Assembly (NCBI GenBank): GCA_951406725.2
Contig: OX597815.1
Span: 127,100,001 to 127,164,000 of the forward strand
DNA from: Octopus vulgaris
Lineage: Eukaryota
Length of the DNA stretch: 64,000 nucleotides
Reading direction: 5' to 3'
Shown: piece after piece, positions 1 through 12,090 of the stretch
How positions within the stretch are numbered: the stretch's first letter is position 1
How the letters are laid out: every line of letters begins with the position of its first letter
Program-made: the position numbers and the translations under genes
Notes under the pieces: generated by a model
The model's input: the letters and a program-made list of their open reading frames with translations, nothing else
What the model was told of the DNA's origin: nothing
Database searches by the model: none

Positions 1-565
1 TATCATCATCATCATTGTTTAACGTCCACTTTCCATGCTGGCATGGGTTGAACTGTTTGACTGAAGACTAGCAAGCCAGGAGGCTGCACCAGACTCCAAT
101 CTGATTTGGCAAGGTCTCTACAGATGGATACCTTTCCTAATGTCAACCACTCTGAGAGTGTAGTGAGTGCTTTTTATGTGCCACCACCATGGGGGCCAGT
201 CAGGTAGAATTTGCATTGACCACACTTGAATGGTGCTTTTTACATGCCACCGGCATGAGAGCCAGTCAGGTGGCACTGGCATCAACCACGTTCAAATAGT
301 ACTTTTTATGTGCCACTGGCACTGATACTGGCCACGCTCAAATGGTGCTTTTTATGTGCTATCAGCACAGGTGCCAGTCAGGTAGAACTGGCATCGGCCA
401 TGACAGCAATTTCACTTGATTCAACAAGTCTTCTCAAGCACAGCATATTGCCCAGTGATTAAAGGGTACTTCTAAATGGGCCTGTTATCAACACTGGCAT
501 TGGCCACGGCTACAATCTTACTTGGCTTGCCAGGTCTTCTCAAGTACAAAATATCTCCAATGATC
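1..565 (-). mobile_element. RTE-clade LINE 3' UTR with (GAT)n tail
   Basis: Matches the 3' UTR attached to RTE ORF ends at 10185-10997 and 29540-32645; tandem GGTGCTTTTTATGTGCCAC units. Confidence 0.75.
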
Positions 566-569
566 TTGG

Positions 570-1773
570 TTGCTTCTCATTTTATCCTCTTTCCTTTGTT
601 CCAATGTTTTGTCATCTTGGTTGGTTTTACAGTGCATTTGTATGCGTCCAATTTTTCCACAGTGAAAACATTCCACTTTCTTAAATGGGCAGTTTTTCTC
701 AGGTGTAGACCTCAACATGCAAAACATGTTTCCTATTTCTTGTTCTGTTTGTATTGTATTCTTGTACACACTTGATTTCTATTCTGCCTATTTCACACTT
801 GTTTCACTTGGGAGCCATCTTTATGTTCAATTTTCTCTCTGTCGTGTCTTAAATTTACTATTGTTTCACACTTTTCCAACACTATTTGTAAGGTTACAGC
901 TTGGTTTTGTTCCAGCTTAGCGAGAATTTTTGTCCTTACTTCAGCATCTTTCTCTGCAGTTAGTCTCTGAGTAAATGTCAGGCACTTGAACATATCTGAC
1001 GTTAATTCATCCAACTTAAACTTTTCACATTTCCTGTTAACTCTACCAGCATGTGTGATATAGTCTCCTTCATTGTTCTTTTCTCAGTTCAAACATTTCC
1101 ATCTTGTATTCTCACTAAAAGTTTTACACAATATGTTTATTGTATCTTTAAAGTTTCTGTCAGAAGAGTTTTTCGGGAGTACGTAATTGCTGTAGTGCTC
1201 ATGTTCTCCTGCTACCAGTTTTCCTAAAATTAAACGCGTCTTCATATCATTGTCCAATCTTTGCACTCTTTATTGAAGATTTGTTCATATCTTCTATAAT
1301 AAGCCTTGAAGGTAGCTCCTTTTTTCTGGTTTTCACTTAAACTCAGTTATAGAGTTCCCAATTATAATATGATAAGAGCATTTTTTCAGCCTTTCCTGAC
1401 AACTTACTATTCATTAAATGCAGCATTTGTTGCTGTAATAGTAATTGATGTTGTTGTTCTTCCAATTGCTGTTTTTGCAGCTCAAGCAAACCAGTTAACA
1501 AATTTTCCATAATTTTATGATTTTTCCTCATAAAATTCACACAAAAAAGAAACTTTTGTCAGTTTATTAATTCTTTGTTGCCACTGTTGTAATCCTTTAT
1601 TGTTTGATTGTTACAACAGCCACTTTGGTATAGCAACACAGTTGTTAAACCACTAAAGACACAACTATCTAAGACCTTCTACTTTGTACTCTCTCTCTAT
1701 ACTGACCGACATTGACTAGCGCATACTACTGGTCATGTGGAAGGGGTATACCATTATTACTATTATCCCCACA
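570..1773 (-). mobile_element. Ty3/Gypsy (K02A2.6-like) 5' LTR plus decayed gag
   Basis: About 190 bp TGT...ACA LTR at ~1586-1773, PBS-like TGGCAAC, gag motifs FKCLTF..AEVRTKILAKLEQ, zinc knuckle CFHCGKIGRIQMHC. Confidence 0.8.
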
Positions 1774-2484
1774 ATGGATGTATAGTGGCAGAAGTGTTGG
1801 TGGTCAGTGAGAAATGATTTATTGGAAAGGGACTAGGAACACAGAATAAGGGCGATCAATGGAAAATGTGAGTGAAGAGGAACAATCTAAAGGCTGAGGG
1901 CAGATATCAAAATAAGTGGTTCCAGATAACTGGTAGAACAGAAAGATATCATGAATTATGTAGTTCTACTCTCATTTAATTACAGCAACTGAATAGTGAA
2001 GTTGTCAGAAGAGTAATGATGGGTAGGGAGATGAGGGAATAGGGAAGGTTTGACAATGACATATTGGTAAGGAATCCAGTTGTATACACACATTGTGCTC
2101 GAGAACCTCAGTTGGGCAGGTTTTACTGAGTACTGTGTTTTGCCATTCATTTCAGCTCCTAGTTATCTCATCCATGAGGCCCAAAATTCTAAAGTCAACC
2201 TTTGCTAATTTCTTCAAAGTCGTTCTGTGTCTTCCTTTTCTACAAACTCCATGTAGCTGTGTATACTAATTTATCAGTGATATATGAATAAAAGAATAAT
2301 AATAATTGGATACATAGTTACTTTTTTAAATAAATTTATTTTTACACAATTTTCAGGATATACAAATACTTTTTTATAAATTTTATTATTTACAAACTTA
2401 ACACTCAATCAAACTTCTTACCACAGTTCCTTGCACTGCTGGTCTAAAAAATATGTATGTATATATATATATATATATATATAA

Positions 2485-2670
2485 AATCTCAATGAATTAA
2501 GTATAATTTAAAGTGGGAGATAGTTTGCAAAGCGAAATCATATAGTATAGGTAGTAATTCCTGTTTATTATGCTCTAGTGAATTTAAAGAAATAATATTT
2601 AATAATAATAATAAATTAGTTAATTCATTGGATGAGTGTAAAATTAAATGTAGACACAAAATACTTTAAT
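2485..2670 (+). mobile_element. Penelope-like element C-terminal fragment
   Basis: Translates to LKWEIVCKAKSYSIGSNSCLLCSSEFKEI...LVNSLDECKIKCRHK, the W..CxLC..N..E..CRH tail that follows GIY-YIG in a PLE subgroup; abuts (TA)n. Confidence 0.7.
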
Positions 2671-2699
2671 TATATAATAAATTTTTAGATAAATAGCTA

Positions 2700-4700
2700 G
2701 TATATTTAAACCCTATTTTTGTTTCTAATTTGTAGTTATAATTTGTACTAGTAGTAATTCTATAATTTAGCATGTGATTATATATTGCTTATTACATGAT
2801 TAAATAAGTCTAAATTAAATATTTATTATTAAATAAATAAATTAATTAATTAATTAATTATAGTAATGTTGTGGTTGTAGTTTTGTAGGGTGTTTTGAAT
2901 ATAAGTCAATAAGAGTTAGTAAAGGTGTTTTTACATACTTAGAGTTAGATTATATTTTGATGTTTATTTATTACTAAATATATAATTTATTAAATGAATA
3001 TAGATTAAAAGATAGTTATTTCATTATTTTGTTGTTATTGTTGTTGTTGATATTATTATTATTATAATTATTATATGTGTACTAAAATTAATAGTATTAA
3101 GTATTTGTGGCGGGGAATAGTTTTAGTAACGTTAAATAATTTTGAATATGTAGTAAAAATTTTATCTTTATGTACTATTTATTTATAATAATAATATGTA
3201 CTTTATTTATTCAATTATTGAGTGAAGTATTTGATCTAAATATAAATTACTTTACTTACATAATAAGTTTAATTTATTTGTTAGGATTTGTTTTGAATAT
3301 TAATTTGATATATAATATATATTTGTTATAAATGACGGTCTAGTTTATGATTTGTAATAATTTTTTTTTATATTAGTCAACATGACTTTGTATTATATAT
3401 TTCAAATTAGATTTATTTAATTAATTAATATAATTTATTAATGAATATTAATTACATTATAGTTTTTAAATTAACTTAAGTTTATTAAATTAGTGGTTAT
3501 AATATTGATACTGATTGAATTAGTACTGAGTTTATATAGAATGGGTCTAAAAGTTGTTTTGTTCGAATAAAGGTTGGGCTCCAGTGTAACCATATTTATA
3601 TATATGAAACAAATAAATTTGTATAAGAGTATTAGAGAATATACAGTAAATTGTAGTTATATAAATTAATTTTATTATATGGTGATTTGAGTATATTTTA
3701 TTGCAGTTAATTCTAAATTTTAGTTTTCAAGTGAATGATATTATAGTGTATAGTGATTTTATTCTCTTTTTCTGTTAAAGCTAAAATATATTTGTAGTTT
3801 TCATTGATAAAATGTATATTTCCATCTGTTTGTTCTATTTCTTTAAGCAACGTAATTCACGAGTAATTTATAAACGCTAAATAAGATGTTTTTCATTTTG
3901 ATAATTTTTAGTTAATAATATGCCTTTTAGAGAGATAAGTACACTTTTTATTTAAGAAATATTATTGTACTCTATATAAGTATTGATTGTTAAATATGAA
4001 TTTATAATTTTTTAAATTTGTTAATGATAATTTAGATATGTACATTTATTTAATTATTATTATTTTACAATTATTATATTTGAACCTAAATTTTAAAATA
4101 TCAGTCACTTCGGGATCTAGATCGTAAAAATGTTTTAATTTAACTAAAAGTTTCTTATTATATTTCTAGTACTATTACATTTAATAATAATAGTAATAAT
4201 AAGAATTTTATAAAGATAAGTTATACGTTTTTACTTTGAAATTTTTCAATTATTATTTTTTATTTCATAAATATTTTCAAAAGATATCTATAATATTTAT
4301 GTAAGTAATAATGGATTAATTTAATTTTTGTTTATATGTTCATTGATAGAAAAATTATAGATTTTTATTACTATATTTGTTGATTATAATTTAGACACTT
4401 ATTTTTATATATTTATTATTTTATAATTATTATATGCAAACTAAAATCTAAAAATATTAAGAGTGTTTTGTAAAATAGTTTGGTAATTAAAAACTAGAGT
4501 ATAACTTGGTTAAAGATATTCTACAGTTTATTAATGTTTTTATTAAGCTAAATTATATCTTCACAAATAAAAACATTTTTCTTTCTATTTACTCTATTCT
4601 TTTATCTCAAATATTTAACATAATAAATGTATCGTAGGAAACTGATCCTAATGTTTTAAGTTTCAAATTTAGTTAATGGAGTTTACATATATATAAAATA
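2700..4700 (-). mobile_element. Extremely AT-rich degenerate Penelope-like RT region
   Basis: Relic motifs in the expected order on the minus strand: PNLY..FRPIL, K.MLTNI, KNNEITIF, DLYSKHP; many stops. Confidence 0.5.
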
Positions 4701-4767
4701 TATTTTTCTAATCTGTGTTCAAGTTTGATAAAACATTCAAAATCAAAAGCATCAACTATTGATGAGA

Positions 4768-4780
4768 TTTATTTTTTATT
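4768..4780 (-). promoter_or_regulatory. Two AATAAA polyadenylation signals
   Basis: tttatt at 4768-4773 and 4775-4780, about 40-50 nt downstream of the relic stop. The AT-rich context weakens this evidence. Confidence 0.4.
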
Positions 4781-4818
4781 TCCTTTTAAACTGACAACTA
4801 AATATAACATTTAATTCA

Positions 4819-5053
4819 TTACACTTCAGTGGCTTCAACATCTAAATTATGATTTAAATTATCAAAAGAAGTAATACTCTTTACTCTCTTTTACTCTTTT
4901 ACTTGTTTCAGTCATTTGACTGCAGCCATGCTGGAGCACCACCTTTAGTCGAGCAAATCGACCCCGGGACTTATTCTTTGTAAGCCCAGTACTTATGTTT
5001 ATTTCTGTTTATTTCTGTATCACATTCTTTAATCACAGTGTCCAACTTGAATA
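4819..5053 (-). pseudogene. Relic C-terminal coding segment of the cadherin (FKLDTVIKECDTEIN-[SINE]-KSITSFDNLNHNLDVEATEV*)
   Basis: Coding-like text in a shifted frame on both sides of a SINE fragment, ending T-E-V-stop and followed by AATAAA signals. Confidence 0.55.
4872..5000 (-). mobile_element. 5'-truncated SINE 3' end inserted in the cadherin terminal exon
   Basis: AAGAATAAGTCCCGGGGTCGATTTGCTCGACTAAAGGTGGTGCTCCAGCATGG...GAAACAAGTAAAAAGAGTAAAAG; related copies near 25075-25240 and 55990-56280. Confidence 0.8.
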
Positions 5054-5148
5054 TGGTGAATCATCATCAAATTTGTTACGGTTCTGTAGTTTAATATAAG
5101 TATTTTGGGGATGCGTAACACCAATATCATCATTAAAGGCAGGGTTTA
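5033..5148 (-). CDS. Cadherin terminal coding exon as currently framed (LNPAFNDD...FDDDSPYSSWTL*)
   Basis: Acceptor TTATTTTAG, phase 1, NPAF motif, TGA at 5033-5035. Confidence 0.6.
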
Positions 5149-5242
5149 CTAAAATAATACAAAAAACAAAAATGTAAGTTTTTTTTTATACAAATATACA
5201 AGAAACAAAATAATGTTAATCAATAAAAAGAATGCCTGCTAT

Positions 5243-5281
<39 letters not shown>

Positions 5282-5461
5282 ATGGTTTTTTGTTGTTTTT
5301 GTTCTGGTGTGCTGTCTGGTTGGTTTCTAAATTTTTGTTGTAGTTGTTTTATTTCTGTTTCTTGCCAAAGATTCCACCTGCTCATCAAGACAGGTCAATT
5401 TCACCCAGGGTGAATGGTTTTTTATCCTTAGCAAGGTTGACTAGAGTTCACTTGGAATTAA

Positions 5462-5707
5462 ATGCCACCACTGCTATCATCCCTTGTCATGACCACAACC
5501 TCCACCACCATTATCACCATCACCTCCAATATCAGTACCACCATCACTGGGACTAGTAGCAGCATTACCATCATCACCACCACCACCATTACCAACATCA
5601 GCATTACAACCAGCATCACAACAGCATCACCATCATCAGAACCAGATTGGCAGCACCACCACAACCAGGATCACCAACAACATCAGCAGTGCCATCACCA
5701 CCATCAA

Positions 5708-5757
<50 letters not shown>
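5462..5757. repeat. Imperfect (CAC/CAT)n trinucleotide microsatellite
   Basis: Visible directly; ends in a pure (CAT)n run. Confidence 0.9.
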
Positions 5758-6133
5758 CATGTATAATTGAATGTGTATGTGCATGTATGTATGTGTGTAT
5801 GCGTGTGTGTTTTTATAGTGGAGAATGTGTGTCTCTCACTATATCTATATGTCCACCTTAGTATTCAGCTATGTGAGTATACACTTGTGTGTGTATATAT
5901 GTGTGTGTGAAAGCAAGTCACCTTGTAGTTATTGTGGTGCAGTCACAAATGCAAGATTGTGAGTTCTATTCTCAGAGGGGGTGGTGCATTGTATCCTTCA
6001 ATAAAACAGTTCAGCTCATGTTGCTCTGCAATCACTTCAGCACCTGATGTTTGGCACACCGTGCACCTGCACAGATAATATCAATTTGACACAGAGTATG
6101 AGCTAATGTGCAGCACAAACACTTGATCACTAT

Positions 6134-6335
6134 AGGTGCAGGAGTGGCTGCATGGTAAGTAGCTTGCTTACCAACCACATGGTTCTGGATTCAGTCCCAC
6201 TGCGTGGCATCTTGGGCAAGTGTCTTCTACTATAGCCTAGGGCCGACCAAAGCCTTGTGAGTAGATGGAAACTGAAAGAAGCCCATCGTATATATGTATA
6301 TATGTCTCTCTCTCTCTCTCTCTATAGATATATAT

Positions 6336-6387
<52 letters not shown>

Positions 6388-6560
6388 CAGGAAGCTTTAC
6401 GAAAATAAACAAAAGACGAAGGTAGGTGGAGTACAAACAAATAATTGTATTAGTATGGCGCTCAGGAATAGAAATAAAACATATATGTGTGTGTGTTTGT
6501 GTATCTGTGTTTGTCCCCCCAACATCACTTGACAATCGATGCTGATGTGTTTGCGTTCTG
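6134..6560 (+). mobile_element. tRNA-derived SINE with internal (TA)n/(TC)n and a short nested insert
   Basis: Head GGTGCAGGAGTGGCTGCATGGTAAG with B-box-like GGATTCAGTCCC; inverted copy at ~63440-63550. Confidence 0.75.
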
Positions 6561-6875
6561 TGTCATTTTCTTTCATTATAACTGAGGGTAAGTATAGAAG
6601 TGTTATTCCAGATGTATTCACTTCAATAACATTTTGATTAAATTCAAATACACCACCTTTTAACCTAGAACACTTTATGCTTTTCATCCTCATGATTCTA
6701 AACAGTAGCAAGTGTCTCTCTCTCTCTCTCAATGCTGAAACACAATACATAAAGGCCAGTGTAAGTTAAAAATTATATCCCACAGATACAGGACATCTCA
6801 AAGGTCAATTTTGCAGACAAAAAGTTGACATTGCATCCATTCCAAACCAAAGACACAGACATTAAAACAACTTAC

Positions 6876-6916
6876 GTTTTTTAGTGGTTTTAGCTGCTCT
6901 TAATTCCCTGGAATAT
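6876..6916 (-). CDS. Cadherin juxtamembrane cytoplasmic exon ((R)YSRELRAAKTTKK)
   Basis: Strong acceptor TTCTATTTCTCTTCAG, donor GTAAGT, 41 nt, phase 2/1; basic RxLxAA motif. Confidence 0.72.
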
Positions 6917-6963
6917 CTGAAGAGAAATAGAATAAGCAGTGAACAGACAAACAAATATGTCAT

Positions 6964-7003
<40 letters not shown>

Positions 7004-7054
7004 TGTGAGAGAGAGAATATTTTAGTGGAAATGTTTGTTTTCCAACAATAAATG

Positions 7055-7925
7055 TATTGGGTTGGCAATTAAGTTTCCGCAGTATTTTAAAATTTAAATT
7101 TTTAAAAGCTTTAATAAGAAATAACAACTAATTAATTAATAATGTATTCACGCTTGTTGTTTACAACTTCTTCCCAACGTTCAACAAGATTTTCACTACC
7201 TCGCTGGTAGAAATCACCTGATTTCAACTCGAAAAATTGATCCAGCTAAGCTTTTAATTCTGCCCCAGTATTGAACAAAACTCTATGCATAGCATTTGAA
7301 AGAGATCGAAAGGGGTGGAAAACCATTGGTGCTAAATCAGGAGAGTATGGTGGGTGTGGCAGCACTTCCCAGCCATGCGTTTGAATGGCTTCCTTGGTCA
7401 TATTGGTGATATGAGGGCAGGTGTTGTTGTGCAGTAGAAAAACTCCATGCTGCCGATTAGGTCTTAAATAGCAGTGTTGAGTCATTCCATCTGCTGAACA
7501 TAGAGTTCCACATTAACCATTTGGTTCTGTTCAAGCAATTCATAATGGATAATCTCTTCCCAGTCCCACCATATGCACAACATCGTTTTACACGGATGAA
7601 GATCTTGTTTCACACATGATGTTACTTGTTTACCAGGGCTAAGCCATTCCTTCTGCAGCTTCATATTGATGTACAGACACCGTTTTTCATCACCAGTTAT
7701 GATTCGGTAAAGAAATCATTGCTTGTGTCCATGAGTTGAGCGGTGACAAGCAAGCAAACCAGCAGAGATTGTGGCTAATTGATTTTTGTTGTTGTCACTT
7801 CGAGCATGCAGAACCCATGCTCCATACTTCTGAAACTTTCCCATCGAATGAAGATGCTTCTCTATAGCAGTGTAGGAGCATTCCATATTCTCTGCCAGTT
7901 CCCTTGTCGTTTGACAAGAATTTTC
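7055..7925 (-). mobile_element. Mariner transposon, 5'-truncated and decayed
   Basis: IITGDEK, MLCIWWD, LLHNN, HPPYSPDLAP motifs; TIR-like TATTGGGTTGGCAATTAAG at 7055. Confidence 0.88.
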
Positions 7926-7929
7926 ATGC

Positions 7930-9750
7930 AAAAGTTGGTTTTGCAAAATATGTGGCATAAAAAAGTTCCACAGGTTTCGATTTATGGATCCAAGAAAGGA
8001 ATCCCAATGCATGCAGCAAACTGGTTGCAGCAAAGGGTCACCATACCACTAAACTACAACTATGCAATGGAATATTTACCTTTGCAAATGCTAGGACATG
8101 ATGAAGGTCTATCCTGGTTAATACCCAGAAATGGCAAACCATTCAAAGACACAGCAATAGCAACCCTAAGAGCTGAAGGGGAAATTAAACACATAATATG
8201 GAACACTGTACGATAGTTATCAATAACCTTGGAGGAGATAAAGCGATATGCATCAGAAGACAAGTTCATTAATGAAAATAAAACTTTATGGTCAGCAAAA
8301 GAAAACAAAAAATCGTTTCGTAAGAAAAAAAAAACATGATGTAATCATATATTCAACACGTGATGGGGTACTTATGTATGGCTAAAAGGTAGTGATACCT
8401 GAGATTCTACAAAAGCGAATGTTGAAAGAATTCCATATTGGACATCCAGAGATCGCAAGGATAAAATTGTTTATGTGCAGCTATGTGTATTGGCCAAAGA
8501 TGAAGTTGAAAATGTAGTAAAAGACTGCAGAGGATGTATTCTGGCAGCAAAATTGCCTATAGAAAATGGGAGCCTTTGCCATAAGTAAAAAGTTCCTGGT
8601 CAAGACTACATATCGACTTTGTGGGTCTGTTAAAGGGTTATTACTTCTTAGTCGTAGTTGACAATTTTACAAAATGGCTGGAAATTGTTTAGTGCAAAAG
8701 ACAAACTGACTCAATTATGATGAATTTTTTGCATGAATTATTCCCAAGATTTGGCATCCCAGATGTAATTGTATCTGATAATGGAACACAATTTGTCCAG
8801 TGAATTTAGAAAATTCATTGAAATGTTCATGGAAGAACATAAAACGATAGTGTCTTACCATCCCAGCTCAAATAGACAGGTAGAGCAATTTGTCGACACT
8901 TTTAAAAGAGCTTTGAGAAAAGCAAACAAGGAAGTAACAAACAAAGTTGCTTTGCAGCAATTCCTAAGGGTATATAGGGTGGCACCAAACCCCAATACAC
9001 CAGCAAAAAGCTCACCAGCAGAACTGATGTCCACTAGGAAGGGGAAATCAGTTTTTCATAAACTGTTACCTGGCAAGGAAAGAAAAAGTGCCAGGAAAGA
9101 CACTATCAAAATTTTTCAACATTGGTGATAAGGGGAACATGAGGTCGTATAAAAGCAGAAAACAGTACGAGAAAAATTACAAAGTACATAGGAAAACTGA
9201 TGTACAGAATTAAAAGCAGAAAAGGTATTGAAAAAAGACACAGAAATGAATTGAAGAAGAGATTCATAGAAAATGAATCAAACAGCCTGGAAGAACCTAT
9301 GGAATGGATATATGACACATTCCAGGTACCAACACTGTTACAGGGGGTTGAACCTATGCATACAATTCGAAGGAAAAGGAAGAACACAGAGTTCCTACAA
9401 ATAGATACCAAAAAGAAAAGTATTAAGTTGAAAAAAAAAACGTTAAAAAGAGAAGAGGGGTGAATAAAGTAAAATAAAATTACTTGCTTCCCACAGAAAA
9501 AGAAACTAAAAGGGGAGACATAGTGAAAATGGTACACTCCTTGCCATGTGATAAACTGGTGTGGTAAGATACAGAGACTATGAGGTCAGACAGTCAGTCG
9601 TTGTAGAAGGTCAGTAGTAGTAAAGTTATTATACAAGTTCTTTGTTGGAGTCAGTGTCAGTTACATGATATATACATGTTTGAGTTATCGTCAAGGTAGA
9701 TGTTTCAAAGTCAAAAGATAATAAGACACAGAATACCACCACAACATAAT
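7930..9750 (+). mobile_element. Ty3/Gypsy (K02A2.6-like) pol fragment (RNase H, integrase) and probable 3' LTR
   Basis: GSKKGIPMHAANWLQ, HIGHPEI, VSDNGTQF, YHPSSNRQVEQFVDTFKRAL; purine tract, then an LTR-like segment ending ACAACA near 9745. Confidence 0.85.
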
Positions 9751-9809
9751 AGTGGCAACAAAAATATTACAGTGCCAATAGCAACATACAAGTGGACAAG
9801 GATCCACAT

Positions 9810-10165
9810 TATAACAGTAACTGTGGTGGAAAACTTGAATTGTATGACTAGAAGTCTTGCAAAGAAGTTGGAAGTTTCCAAAAGTACCATTTACGAATAC
9901 TTTTACGTTTGGGTGCTTCACAAACTGTCAGAACAAAACTGCAGAGACTGGTATCTCTGATATTCTTCTAAAATGCAATGAAAATAAGCCTTTCTTGAAG
10001 CAACTGGTAACTGGAGATGAAAATTGGATTGTTTACAATAATATAGTGAGAAAAAGATCATGGTGTTTGTTTGAGGATCCTCCAAAACAGCTTCCTAACC
10101 AGAATATCCATTCAAAAAAATCATGCATTGTGGTCTAGTAGGATTTCAAAGTCACTATTTACTAT
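9810..10165 (+). mobile_element. Mariner transposase fragment
   Basis: WVLHKLS and PFLKQLVTGDENWIVYNN. Confidence 0.8.
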
Positions 10166-10184
10166 AAGGTACTCCAACAAAATT

Positions 10185-10965
10185 TTTTGCCTATTCATGC
10201 TACATGGCAGTGAAACATGGACCGTGACTGCTGAGGATATGCACAAGCTTGCAAGAAATGAAGCCAGTATGCTCCGATGGATGTGTAATGTCAGTGTTCA
10301 TACTCGACAGAGTGTAAGTACCTTGAGAGAAAAGTTGCACCTAAGAAGCATCAGTTGTGGTGTGCGAGAATGGATGAAGACAGGTGTGTGAAAACGTGCC
10401 ACACCCTAGCGGTTGAAGGAACCTGTGGAAGAGGTAGACCAGGAAAACCTGGGGCGAGGTGGTGAAGCACGACCTTCAAACATTAGGTCTCACCAAGGCA
10501 GAGAAGACCTGGCAGGACAAATGAGACCATAACCCGTGGCCTTTACCTGGGATGTAGCCAGTCCACTTATGCATACCTTTCCTTCTTTGGACACAAAACT
10601 CTGCTTGCGAAGAGCTGTTGAGGCAAGTGAAATCAAAATCGATCAAAAAATCAATGGAAATTGTAGTTGTGATACCAGTGCCAGTGGCAAATAAAAAGCA
10701 CCATCTGAACGTAGCCGTTACCAGCGCGGCCTTGACTGGCTTCCATGCCGGTAGCACGTAAAAAGCACCAACTGATCATGGCCGTTGCCAGCCTTGCCTG
10801 GCACGTAAAAAGCACCCACTACACTCATGGAGTGGTTGGTGTTAGGAAGAGCATCCAGCTGTAGAAACACTGCCAGATCAGACTGGAGCCTGGTGTAGCC
10901 TCCTGGCTTCCCAAACCCCAGTCAAACCGTCCACCCCATGCTAGCATGGAAAACTGACTTTAGAC

Positions 10966-10997
<32 letters not shown>
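10185..10997 (+). mobile_element. RTE-clade LINE 3' end
   Basis: MLHGSETW...NEASMLRWMCNVS...GRGRP, 3' UTR and (GAT)n tail. Confidence 0.88.
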
Positions 10998-10998
<1 letters not shown>

Positions 10999-11965
10999 AT
11001 TGTTACTAATGTCTTCCCAACCTTCTCTTCCATTTTTATATAGTTTGAAAAACACTTCCATCATCACTATTGTATCCATAAGTTCATCATGTTTACCAAT
11101 GCCAATTTAGTCACACTTACCTATCTTCCAAACAATTTATTTGGGGGCAACACAATGTTTCAATATTTTGTAATCTTCTTAACTCTAATAATAACAACCC
11201 ACCTGAGACTGTCCCTGGTTCTATGATATAAACTTCCTGTTTAAAGTAATCTAAACGAAATCTTTCATGTTAAACATCACTTTAATGATAAAAAATTATT
11301 TTACTGAATTCTTTGTTATTTTCAAACTTAATTGAAACAAAGGTCGTTGTATTTCAAAAGAAATAAGTTAACAAAAGGCTTAAACATTCTTTTAAAATAT
11401 TAATGTCTCGTGGATGATAATACTGTTTCAAATTTTGTGAATGCATTCTCATTAGCTGCAACCAAGACATACTACTTGAATGTATGACTTACTATTTCTG
11501 GAACTTCACTATATCTTGAACACTATCATTCAAATGTTATACAATGTCTTGAGAGTCTGCACAAATAAAGTGAGATTGCCAGTAAGCAGTCCAAGCCTTT
11601 TGTTTACCCAACCCAAGAGGGGCCCAACACAACACACTCATTTTGCAGCTTAAAGGTACTAATGTGTATAAAATATTTGAGCCCGTTTAAAATTTTAAAA
11701 ATCTGTTCTCCAATTTTTAATTAACAGCTTCTCAATAAATTCATACTTCCTTCCAAATATTACAATTCACTTGGAAAGTCATCCTAAATGTCAATGTTAC
11801 AAAACTTGTTAGCAATATTTTACCTCATCTATGAATGAATTTTGACCTTCATCTCTGATCACAAAAGCTTCTTTGATTTGAAATCATTCCATTTAAAATT
11901 TTCAAAAGTTTATATTTGGTAAATATATAAAAGAAAATGAGTTCATCAGTTTGGGAACTACCAAC

Positions 11966-12090
11966 CTCTGATTACCTGCATGAGACAGAAGCATCGTAAT
12001 GATGAATATGCAAACCAACATCACAGTGACTGTAATAATACTTGTGAAATTCTTTTCATTGCTGTTGGCAGTTCCAGGTGATTCAGGTCG
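11966..12090 (-). CDS. Cadherin transmembrane exon (RPESPGTANSNEKNFTSIITVTVMLVCIFIITMLLSHAGNQR)
   Basis: Acceptor TTGCTCTTCTAG, about 20 hydrophobic residues, donor AG|GTTGGT, 125 nt, phase 0/2, fitting both neighbouring exons. Confidence 0.7.

Noticed and set aside
165-400. Regularly spaced ~25-bp repeats resembling a CRISPR array
   Set aside because: The spacers are similar to each other, the array is part of the RTE 3' UTR seen at several loci here, the context is eukaryotic and there are no cas genes.
2330-2445. Possible minus-strand 3' UTR exon with AATAAA
   Set aside because: Acceptor-like and AATAAA motifs are expected by chance at this AT content.
2480-4700. Possible NUMT (AT-rich, G-skewed like mitochondrial DNA)
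   Set aside because: I recognised no mitochondrial rRNA, tRNA or protein motifs, while Penelope-like motifs are present. BLASTN against a cephalopod mitogenome would settle it.
4819-4841. DVEATEV* as a separate micro-exon using AATTTAG
   Set aside because: Weak polypyrimidine tract, and the upstream sequence already reads as contiguous coding text. It is phase-compatible with exon 6876-6916, so RNA data are needed to exclude it fully.
5458-5770. Poly-His/Thr-rich ORFs
   Set aside because: Translations of a (CAY)n microsatellite inside a cadherin intron.
6665-6734. Candidate extra cytoplasmic exon (TGTGTTTCAG...AG|GTTAAA)
   Set aside because: Contains (GA)n, has a weak donor, and its 70-nt length is phase-incompatible with the 5148 acceptor. 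It could be a dead exon but is unsupported.
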